64,000 nt of DNA from an uncultured delta proteobacterium. Its GTDB lineage: Bacteria; Desulfobacterota; RBG-13-43-22. The notes beneath the pieces were generated by a model. It was not told where the DNA came from. It ran no database searches and was given only the letters and a program-made list of their open reading frames with translations. The position numbers and the translations under genes were made by a program. Shown here piece by piece: positions 38,986 through 48,800 of this stretch; position 1 is the first letter of the stretch, and every line of letters starts with the position of its first letter. The stretch is taken from the NCBI GenBank assembly GCA_963743305.1, contig CAVUPH010000014.1, positions 224,001 through 288,000 of the forward strand, in the 5' to 3' direction.

Positions 38986-39576
38986 ATGATTGACTTCGCC
39001 GGAATCAGGGAGGAATCGGTTTCCGCCCTCCTGGCCGATTATCAGGTCCAGGGCCGGGAACAATGGTTTCCGATCCGGGGTCGAAGCATGAGACCCTTAT
39101 TACGGGAGGGGGATGAAATCCAGGTCCGTTTCTGCTTCCCGGAAAACATTCGGAAAGGGGACCTGGCCGTCTTTTGGGAAGGAAGGGTTTTGAAAGCCCA
39201 CCGGATCCTGGATATCTTCAAAACATCCCAAGACATCCTCTTTCTGGAAAAAGGAGACAGCAACCCTACCGCCAGCTATATTCCTTCTTCCCGGATCAAG
39301 GGCCTGGTTCAGGCCGTTCGGAAACCATGGGGGGTGGTTGGGTTGGATCGCGCCTGTTGGCGCTGGTGGAATCGGATGGTGTCCAGATCCGGGTATGGTT
39401 TTATCCGTGCCTTTGCTTTCTTCCCTTCCCCAGAAAAAGGAAAAACCGGTTCTCCCAGCGCTTACGGGCCATTCTGGGGATACCGGTCCTGGATCTATTT
39501 GCTCTTGTTCTTTCCTCTTTTCGAAGAAAGAATTCGAGCCTTTTTCATTTCTCGTTTTAACAGGGCGGGGAGATGA
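38986..39576 (+). CDS. S24/S26-family peptidase
   Basis: IRGRSMRPLLREGD (catalytic Ser), GDLAVF, AHRI, EKGDSN; no N-terminal TM anchor. Confidence 0.85.
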   Translation: MIDFAGIREESVSALLADYQVQGREQWFPIRGRSMRPLLREGDEIQVRFCFPENIRKGDLAVFWEGRVLKAHRILDIFKTSQDILFLEKGDSNPTASYIPSSRIKGLVQAVRKPWGVVGLDRACWRWWNRMVSRSGYGFIRAFAFFPSPEKGKTGSPSAYGPFWGYRSWIYLLLFFPLFEERIRAFFISRFNRAGR

Positions 39577-40018
39577 CACAGGAGCGGTGATTGCTGGAAT
39601 TCCCATCCTGATCCTGGATGAAAAAGTCAATAGTCACCGGTATCAGCTCCGGGGCCTCCAGTATTTCAACGCATTCCCCGGATTTCCCGCTCACACATGT
39701 CTGGTCGGTCAGCGGAGCGCAAGTCGTTGAAACACCGACCCGGCCGGTTTTGGCCGGGTAAATATAGGCATAGCATTTTTTTCCCCCCACCATGTCCCCG
39801 GCAATTTTCTGCCAGTCAAACTTCACCTGTATACGGGGCAGCGTTTCCGGGCATTCATTGTTGAAAGGGACTTCGGGGTTGCAGGTGAAGGTCGTCAGTT
39901 GAGGCGGGCTGTTGGTCGGAGGTCCATACTGGGTAATAATCGGGCCGACCAAATGGTCCAAGGTTGCCTGGTTATAGCTTTGAATCTCCGGTTTCAAAAA
40001 TACTTTCTTGGATTTCAT
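39557..40018 (-). CDS. Cys-rich protein with RiPP-like leader (putative RRE substrate)
   Basis: KKVFLKPEI leader, 8 Cys, GAGG RBS and own promoter-like sequence upstream. Confidence 0.7.
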   Translation of the reverse strand: MKSKKVFLKPEIQSYNQATLDHLVGPIITQYGPPTNSPPQLTTFTCNPEVPFNNECPETLPRIQVKFDWQKIAGDMVGGKKCYAYIYPAKTGRVGVSTTCAPLTDQTCVSGKSGECVEILEAPELIPVTIDFFIQDQDGNSSNHRSCVISPPC

Positions 40019-40083
40019 TCTTTCTTCCTCAACGATAAAATCACCAAAGGATCTGGTTTAGGGCATTGTGACTCAACTTATTA

Positions 40084-40114
40084 AATATATGCTCTAAAAT
40101 CAACCGGTTGTCAA
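40084..40114 (-). promoter_or_regulatory. Candidate promoter with overlapping IHF-consensus site
   Basis: Minus strand TTGACA-N17-CATATATT; AATCAACCGGTTG (40098-40110) matches WATCAANNNNTTR. Confidence 0.45.
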
Positions 40115-40177
40115 TAGAAAAAACCAGCGCCCTCCCCCCATTTCAAAAAATCTCGACGATTGCAGCGGACTCCAGAT

Positions 40178-40462
40178 CTAATGGAATTTCTGTTCTCCCT
40201 GGTCGACCACCTTTATCGGGCCATATTGCCGTTCATATTTTTCCAGGTTATCCTTCAGGGCATTGATAATCCTTCTTAAATTGCTGGGGCTGACCATAAT
40301 GCGAGAGACTAAAAACGTCCCGCTGGGGGAGTTCAAGAGCCAGTCTAGGATAAACTCCTCCGGGCTGTGGGAAGCGATCAAGGAATTGCTGTAACGGCCG
40401 CGCATCATTTCGTCGCCGGTATTGATTTGGATCTGCTGAGGGGGGTTGTTCGGGTTGGTCAT
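40178..40462 (-). CDS. DUF3467-family protein
   Basis: GRYSN....HSPEEFILD...VSRIMVSP......L..NL.KYE..YG.I; AAGGAGG RBS. Confidence 0.88.
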   Translation of the reverse strand: MTNPNNPPQQIQINTGDEMMRGRYSNSLIASHSPEEFILDWLLNSPSGTFLVSRIMVSPSNLRRIINALKDNLEKYERQYGPIKVVDQGEQKFH

Positions 40463-40608
40463 GGTGGCCTCCTTAATATAACCACTAAATTTTGTTAGCA
40501 TATGCTTTTATTACCTGATAAAAAAGAAAAAACGTTTATCCACCCTTCTTACCTGCGGTGAGGTCCTCGGTCTTTTCCGCGGCTATCGCCGATGAGCTTA
40601 TCTTAACC

Positions 40609-41499
40609 ATGCGACTCCGGCACCTTGTCGATTACCTGAAGTTGTTACGAATTCATCATTATGTCAAGAATGCTTTTATCTTTCTGCCGCTTTTTTTTGC
40701 CGGTGAATTTTTGTTGGTAGACTCCCTTATTTTAAATTTGCGCGCTTTTTTTGTCTTTTCTCTCGTTGCCAGCTCTATTTACATTTTTAACGACCTAAAG
40801 GATCTTCAGGAAGATCGCGAACATCCGACAAAACGACTGAGACCTCTGGCCAGCGGAGTTATTTCTCAATCGGCGGCCTGCCTTACCATGGCACTTTTGA
40901 TCAGCTTAGGGTTGGGTCTTTCCGCCTACTGGTTTCATTTTGATTTTCTGGCTTTAATTGTCTTTTATTTGATCATCAATATGGGTTACTCCCTAAAGTT
41001 GAAACATGTGCCCCTAGTGGATATAACGATCATCGCCTTCGGTTTCGTTATCAGACTTTTCGTCGGTTCAGTAACGGCCAAAGTGCCCTTGACCTTCTGG
41101 ATCATCACCCTGACCTTTCTACTCGCCTTGTTTCTCGGTTTCGCCAAAAGAAGGGATGATATCCTGATTTATAACCGCAGCCACAAGAAAACAAGAAAGA
41201 GCTTAGACGGGTATAATCTGGAATTTGTAAACGCAGGAATGGTGGTGGTTGCCGGAACAATGATCGTTTCCTATTTTATGTATACCCTATCGCCGCAGAC
41301 GATCTCAAAATTGGGCACAGATAAGCTCTATCTGACAACCCTATTCGTTATCCTAGGTACGCTAAGGTATCTCCAAAAAAGCTTCGTTGAAGAAGAGAGT
41401 GGATCCCCGACAAAGATATTACTGAAGGACTTTTTTTTGCAGACCACGATTTTCCTGTGGTTATTCTCCTTTACGGTAATCCTTTATCTGAGGCGGTAG
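40609..41499 (+). CDS. UbiA-family polyprenyl-phosphate phosphoribosyltransferase (DPPR synthase-like)
   Basis: R.HHYVKN, YIFNDLKD..EDREHPTKR.RPLASG, YSL.LKH, AKRR, GSPT. Confidence 0.85.
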   Translation: MRLRHLVDYLKLLRIHHYVKNAFIFLPLFFAGEFLLVDSLILNLRAFFVFSLVASSIYIFNDLKDLQEDREHPTKRLRPLASGVISQSAACLTMALLISLGLGLSAYWFHFDFLALIVFYLIINMGYSLKLKHVPLVDITIIAFGFVIRLFVGSVTAKVPLTFWIITLTFLLALFLGFAKRRDDILIYNRSHKKTRKSLDGYNLEFVNAGMVVVAGTMIVSYFMYTLSPQTISKLGTDKLYLTTLFVILGTLRYLQKSFVEEESGSPTKILLKDFFLQTTIFLWLFSFTVILYLRR

Positions 41500-41501
41500 G
41501 A

Positions 41502-42593
41502 ATGGCAAAATCGGTGGTAGCGGTCATCAAGAGTACGCCAGGTCAGGTCCTTTCAGATATCGGAGAACTGATGGATCAGGCCGCCTTCCGCAGTTTACTG
41601 TTGAAGGAGGTCGTCACCATTTTGAAGGACAATATTTCATGGCATTTCCCTTTTCTGAGCGCCAATACCACGCCTTGGCAGCTTGAGGGGGTCATCAGGG
41701 CGCTAAAAAAAGCAGGCTACGAGGAGGTCGTTGCTGTCCACAATAATACGGTTGTTACCAATCCCTATAAAGGCGGGACGTTGAACAGGCTTGGCCCGGT
41801 GTATCGCCGCTATGGAATCAAGGAACTCTACAATTTTCTACCCGCGGATACAAAATGGGTAACCTACCGGCCCAAGACAAAAATGAAGATTCTGGACAAG
41901 CTCTATCCCGAGGGCATCCGTATACCCGACTATTTCATCGGCAAAAACATCATCCACCTTCCTACCGTCAAGACCCACATTTATACCACAACCACGGGCG
42001 CCATGAAAAATGCTTTCGGGGGTCTTTTAAATACAAAAAGGCACTACACCCATAGCTGGATCCACGAGACTCTCGTCGATCTGCTGGCCATTCAGAAGGA
42101 GATCCACACCGGCATATTCGCCGTCATGGATGGAACAATCTGCGGCAACGGTCCGGGTCCTCGGACGATGATCCCCGTCCAGAAGGATTATCTTCTGGCC
42201 AGCGGCGACAGCGTGGCCATTGATGCTGTGGCCGCAAAAATGATGGGTTTTGACCCCATGGGCATTCCCTATATTCGCCTGGCTCACGAAGCGGGTTTGG
42301 GTTGCGGAAAGCCCGAGGAGATTGAAGTGGTCGGAGAGGATGTTTCCCGAGTAAATTTCGGCTTTTCCGTCGGAGACAATATGGCCAGCAAGGTAGGAAA
42401 TTTGTTTTGGTTCGGGGCACTAAAGTCTGTTCAGAAATCCTTTTTCCGGACACCCCTGGTGTATGCCTTCATTTTCGGCTCCTTCCTCTACCATGACTAC
42501 CTGTGGTGGCCGTTCAAGGGCAAACAGATCCAGAAAGGGACGGCCAAAGGGACGAGCTGGGGCAAACTTTTTGGTTCTTACGCCGGCGAATAG
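41502..42593 (+). CDS. DUF362-domain protein
   Basis: LKDNISWH, NTTPWQLEG, HLPTVKTH..TTTTGAMKNAFG, G.GP, DSVAIDA. Confidence 0.85.
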   Translation: MAKSVVAVIKSTPGQVLSDIGELMDQAAFRSLLLKEVVTILKDNISWHFPFLSANTTPWQLEGVIRALKKAGYEEVVAVHNNTVVTNPYKGGTLNRLGPVYRRYGIKELYNFLPADTKWVTYRPKTKMKILDKLYPEGIRIPDYFIGKNIIHLPTVKTHIYTTTTGAMKNAFGGLLNTKRHYTHSWIHETLVDLLAIQKEIHTGIFAVMDGTICGNGPGPRTMIPVQKDYLLASGDSVAIDAVAAKMMGFDPMGIPYIRLAHEAGLGCGKPEEIEVVGEDVSRVNFGFSVGDNMASKVGNLFWFGALKSVQKSFFRTPLVYAFIFGSFLYHDYLWWPFKGKQIQKGTAKGTSWGKLFGSYAGE

Positions 42594-42855
42594 AGACGGG
42601 CAATGACTTGGTGGCCTTCTTATAATTGTCAATAATCTTTTCAGAATATCCTTTTATTGTCCGATAAAAAGAGAAAAGGTATTTCGAGCCCCATTCTGCC
42701 CTGCCGTCTGGGTTGAAGGCCTGGGCTCATCGGACCATCAGCTTGTGTAATTTGTTTATTAAAATTCAGCATCTTACCTGCCGACCTGAAGTCAGTAAGA
42801 CCTGTCTCGAATTCAGAAATACCAGCCAAAAATAAACTTTGAGAGTGTACCTACG

Positions 42856-45800
42856 ATGAACCTAAAAAATTCACAACCTGAAAATAAAGGGGTGGTCAAG
42901 CGCTGGATTCCCCGAAAACCGGACGGCCAAAGACAACGGCTACGGCAACCCCGGGTTATACTAGCAGTAGTCGCGTTTCTTCTCTTAAGCCTTCCTTACC
43001 TGGCGGGGGCCACCACGACCATCAACGAACAGTTCAGTCCGGACGTGATCAATCAGGGCGATGCGTCTCTCTATACCATTTCGATCACTAACGATGATAC
43101 GATTAATCTCACCAGTGCCATGGTGACGGTCTTCCTCGACAATACCACAGCCGCCCCCAACACCTCGGGCGGTCACATAACCATCGCCAGCGGGACGGTC
43201 GTCGACAATACCTGCGGTTTTTCTGTGGACAGTGCGGGTGCCGGAACGAGCAAGATCGTGCTGACCGGCGGAACGATTCCTGCGGGCTCGCCGGCCACTC
43301 CCTCGGTCTGCACCTTCTCCCTGGAGGTCACCTCCGTCACATTAAGCACATACCATGCGGTCATCCCGGCTAACACGACCCCGGATGCCACTACTTCCGG
43401 GTATGCGGCCACGGGGAATTCCATTATCGTCCATAACACGACATCCGCCGACATCACCCTGCAAGTGAACGCCCTCTCAGCGCCCACCGGCAACAAGGCC
43501 TTCTCGCCCTCTCCGGCGGTCGCCGGCGATCCGATCACGCTGACCATTACGGTCAGCAATCCCAATGCCACCAGCACGATGCCGCTGACGACCTTCACCG
43601 ACAGCCTGCCTGCAGGCATGGTCGTGGCCGGCACGCCCGGTGCTTCCGTCAACTGCACCGGAGCGGGGGCCGTCAATGGGGCCTTTGCACCCCTGGCCAA
43701 CGATACCTCGCTCACGCTTACTGGCGGAACGATAGGGCAGGGAGGTGCCTGCACCCTCTCCGTCCAGGTGGTTGTTCCGACCATCTCCGGCACTACCCAG
43801 AGCTTCGACAATAGTCTGGGAAGCGGCGCCATCGGAAATAGCCGCGGTCTTACCAGCCCGGCCTTTAATAGGACCCTGACCGTCAATTCTCCCATCAATG
43901 TGACCAAGAGTTTCGCCACGTCTCCGATACCGGCGGGCCAGCCTTCCCGGATGACGATCACTATTACCAACAACAGTACGGTCAATGCCCTGGACATTAC
44001 GCAATTCAACGACCATCTGACCGGCACCACGCTGAAGGTCCTCAATCCCTCCAGTTCCCCGGTTGCCGGCATTACGCCCAGCGTCACTTGCGACGGCACT
44101 GGATCTGTCAACGGCTCACTCACCTACACCGTGGACACACTGGATTCCACCTTGACCCTCACCAACGCCAAAGCCGGTCCCAAATCCGGCGGCACCGGCA
44201 AGTGCATAATCATCGCTGACCTGACCTCCACGGTGGATGGAGCGCATACCAATACCCTCCCTGCCGACGCAGTAGTCAGCACCGGCGGTTACCACAGCCC
44301 CAGTGCCTCCGATACCCTGACGGTCAACGCCCAATTGACGGTGGATAAGACCGTATCGGTGAACCAGGTGGCTCCCGGACAGTGGACGAGGTTCACGGTC
44401 ACCATTTACAATTGGTCCGGCGCCCCCGTCACGAATCTGAGCTTCCGCGACGACCTGCCCTCAAGCGGCGGGAGCCAGATGGTGCTCGACGGCGGCAATC
44501 CGATCTCTTCTTTAGGTTGTACCGGTGGGACCTGGACAGGGGCTCCCGGCGAGGCGACGCTTCAGTGGAGCAACGGGACGGTAGCGGGCGGCTCCGGCAC
44601 CTCGCCGGGGATCTGCACGATCGTCTTTCAGACCAGGCTGCCTATTTCCACCCCAACGGGACTTACCTTCGGCAACCAGATTCCAGCTTGGGATGGCACC
44701 CATGGTGCAGGGGGGGACGGTCCCGGCGGACCCGTAGTCAACCCGGCATCCAGCCCTGCTGCCAACGTATTGAGTGTCGATGCGGTGGCGATCACCAAGA
44801 CCTTTGCCCCGGCCTCCATCGCCCAGGGCGGAATTTCGACCCTGACCCTAACCATCCGCAACCGGGTGGTAACCGGCGGCCTGAGCAATGTGAACCTAAC
44901 CGACAATTTCCCGGCAGGCATCACGCTGGCCGCCAATCCCGCCGCGACCAATAGCTGTAATGGCACACTCCAAGCATTTCCCGGAGACAGCAAACTGATC
45001 TTGACCGACGGCAGCTTAGCCGCGCGGCCCAACGACGGGCAGGAAACGACCTGCACGATTACCGCGAGGGTTACCGGTACGACTGTTGGGACCTACAATA
45101 ACACTATCTCGGGGGCGACGTATGGCCTGGTGCCGACGACGATACCCGACAGCAATACGGCCACGCTGACCATCGCGACCGGTCTATCCGGCGCCAAGTC
45201 CTTCAACCCGACCAGCGTCACTTCAGGCGGCACCTCGCGGGTCACGATTACCGTGACTAACGGCTCCAACGGCGATCTCACCAATGTGTCGGTGGATGAC
45301 AATACCTTCGGCGCAGGCCTGACCGTGGCTAATCCGGCCAATGCCGCCACGAGCTGTCCGGGCTCTCCGACGATGGTCGCCAACCCGGGGGCAACCCGTG
45401 CGCAGTTGCTGGGCGCTACCCTGGCGGCCGGCGCGAGTTGCGATTTTTCATTCGATGCCGAGACCAGCGGCGCCGGTCCCTGGAGCAACACTATCCCCAG
45501 CGGCAAGATCACGAGCGCCGAGGGCCCGGCCAACACCGCGGCCATCTCAGCAGCACTCAGCGCTGTTTCTACCCAGATCAACATCAACAAGTCTTTCAAC
45601 CCGGTCGTTGTGACCGGCGGCGTCCCCTCCACCCTAACCCTGACTCTGACTAACCCTTCCAATACAACCCTGCACGGCATCGGCTTCACCGATGTATTTC
45701 CGACCGGGATCCAGGTATATTCCGTTCCCGCCGTGACTTCAACCTGCCCCGGCGGAAGGGTCACCGCCATCCCCGGTGACGGCCAAGTCAGCCTCGCCGG

Positions 45801-48800
45801 CGCAACCCTGGCCTCCGGCAGTACCTGTGTCGTTACCCTTCAAACGACTTCGGTCAAATTCCTTAACCTGACCAACAATATACCGGCCGGCGCCATCGAG
45901 AGCTTCGAGGGCTATACGAACCCGCTGTTGGTCTCGGCCACGCTTTCGACCCTGCAGGGACTGGGCGTCATGAAGGCCTTCTCGCCGGCCTATGTGACCC
46001 CTGCTACGGTCACAAAACTCAAGATGTGGCTGGTCAGCACCTTTGACCCCAACGCCCCGACCCCCCTGACCCTTACCGGCGTCTCCTATACCGATACCCT
46101 TCCCGCGAATGTTTTTGTATCGGCTGCGCCGGATGCCACCACCACCTGTCCAGGACCCGGTGGCGTCGGAAGCGCCACCATAACCGCGAATCCAGGAGCT
46201 GCCCTTATCACGGTCTCAGATGCCCACATCGTCCCCGGCGCGGTCTGCGAGATTTCGGTTAATGTCGTAGCTCCCGGCTCCATCGGCACCTACACCAATA
46301 TTATCCCGGCCGATGCCATCACCACCCTCCAGGGACCGACGAACAGCGAACCCGCCACCGCCAGGCTCTATGTAGTCAATCAGCCCACGATCAACAAGGC
46401 CTTTAGTCCCAAGGTGGTATCCGTGGGCGGCACAAGCACATTAACTGTCACCATAAACAACGGCGCGGGCATTCCGCTGACCGGTCTCTCCCTTACCGAT
46501 ACTTTACCGGCGGGACTGGCCATTGCAGGCAATCCGGCCGTGGCCACTACATGCTCCAACGGAAGCGTTACCGCTGATCCCGGCAGTGACGCTCTCTCGC
46601 TCAGCGGCGCCGTCGTCCCGGCAAACGGCTCATGCACCTTTTCTGCCAGGGTTGTGGCCAATTCCCCTGGGGTCTTTATCAATAATATCAACGCCGGGGA
46701 GTTGGTCAACAACGAGGGCCTCACCAATAGCGGTCCGGCCAACGACACCCTGACGGCGCGCCTGACGCCCACGGTGAATAAAACCGTTCAACCCGGTCTC
46801 GATCGCCTCCGGCAGCTCCTCGACCCTGACTATAACGGTCGGCAACAGCAATGGCGGGCCGATTACACTTACCGCGCCTCTGGTCGACGCCCTGCCGGGC
46901 AACGTGGTGGTAGCCGATACGCCCAATGCCAGTACTACCTGCGGTCCGGGTACGCTCTCCGCCAGTCCGGGGGACATTTCCCTCAGCTACGCCGGGGATA
47001 TCCCTGATGGCGGCTGCACAATATCCGTCGACGTGACTTCCAGCGTCTGCGGTGTGCATACCAACAGTATAGCGGCGGGACAACTTCAGACCTCTGTCGG
47101 AAACAACCAGGATCCTGCCTTTGCCGACTTGGGGGCTTGTAGCGCGCTCGTCCCCACAATAAGCAAGTCCTTCAGCCCCGGCACGATCCCGGTGAACGGA
47201 ACCTCTACGCTGACCATAACCCTGGCCAACCCGAATGCCTCGGCCTTGACGCTTTCTTCGGATTTTTCCGACAACCTGCCGGGTACCGTGCGGGTGGCGT
47301 CAACGCCCGCGGCCGGGACCACCTGTCCGAACGGCACCGTTACCGCCGTTGCCGATGCGACCGGCATCACCCTCCAACGCGGCAGCGGCCCCTTCACCCA
47401 GATCCCGGCTTCCGGTAGTTGCACCGTCACCGTTAACGTCACCTCGGCGGCGGAAGGCAGTTATACGAATACCATCCTGGTCGGTGACCTGCAGACCGAC
47501 GGCGGCAGCAACAGCCAGCCGGCAATAGCGTCCCTGGTGGTGCAGGCACCCATCCCGCCGACAGTGGATAAATCCTTTACTCCCAATACGATCAACCCCG
47601 GCGGCCTCTCGACGCTGACCATCTCCTTGGGCAACAGCAATGGCGGATCAATAAATCTGACCGCCAATTTCATTGATACGCTTCCTGCCGGAGTGACCGT
47701 GGCCGCTACGCCGAACATCCGCGGCACCTGTACGATCGGCAGTATCACGGCCGGAGCCGGCACCGGTATTATTTCCTACGCGACAGGCGCGTCCATTCCC
47801 TCCGGCGGTTGTACAATCCTGGTGGATGTGACGGCGACCAGCAATGCGGGTTCACCCTATACCAATACCATCCCGGTCGATGCCTTGCAGACCAGTGCGG
47901 GCAACAATGGCGCCTCGGCAACGGATAGCCTCTTCGTGAACCCGCCCCAGCCGCCGTCGGTCAGCAAGTTCTTCTCGGCGCCAAAATTTCTCTCTGCCGA
48001 CACGGTGACGCTCACCCTCGCCCTGGGCAACGGCAATAGTACTGCTGCCACCTTGACAGCCGATCTCGTCGACACGCTGCCCTCGGGTCTTATTATCGCT
48101 ACGCCCAACGGTTTAGTGACCAACTGCGCCGGTACGGTGCTGGCACCGGCCGGAGGCAGTACCCTGACTTACCAGAGCGGCGGCACTATCCCGGGCAACG
48201 GGGGCTGCGCTATCTCGGTGACCCTCAAAGCGGCGGATGGCTTACCCCATCACCTGTTTACCAACACCATTCCCGCCGGGGCCTTACAGACGAACTTCGG
48301 CGACCAATGCCGTCGCCTTCCACCGCCACCGTCCAGGTCCTGGTCCGGCCGACGGTCGCCAAGACCTTTAACCCTTCGACCATCAAGTACAACCAAAATT
48401 CAACCCTGACTCTCACGCTTGGGCAATATCAACGATGTCCCGATCACGCTGACTCAGGACCTGGTCGATACCCTGCCGGCGAACGTCTTCCTGGCCACGC
48501 CGGCGACCATCGGCGGCACCTGTATTAGCACCAATCCCGGCAAAGTAATCGCCGCCAACGGCGGCGGCACAGTCACCTACCAGAGCGGGGCCACCATACC
48601 CGCGGGCGGTTGCACCATCACGGTCCCCGTGACCTCCACCACCATGGGCGATTACACCAATACCCTCAACGTCGACGATCTCAAGACCGATGCCGGGACC
48701 AACCCCGCGCCGGGCTCGGCGCAACTGATCGTGCTGGCCCCGCCGACGTTGAGCAAGGCCTTCTCCCCGACGTACATCATCGCCGGCGCGCCCTCGACCC

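Noticed and set aside
35358-40018. Canonical lasso peptide cluster
   Set aside because: No asparagine-synthetase-like cyclase or transglutaminase-like protease was seen, and the putative core is about 120 aa with no Asp/Glu at positions 7-9.
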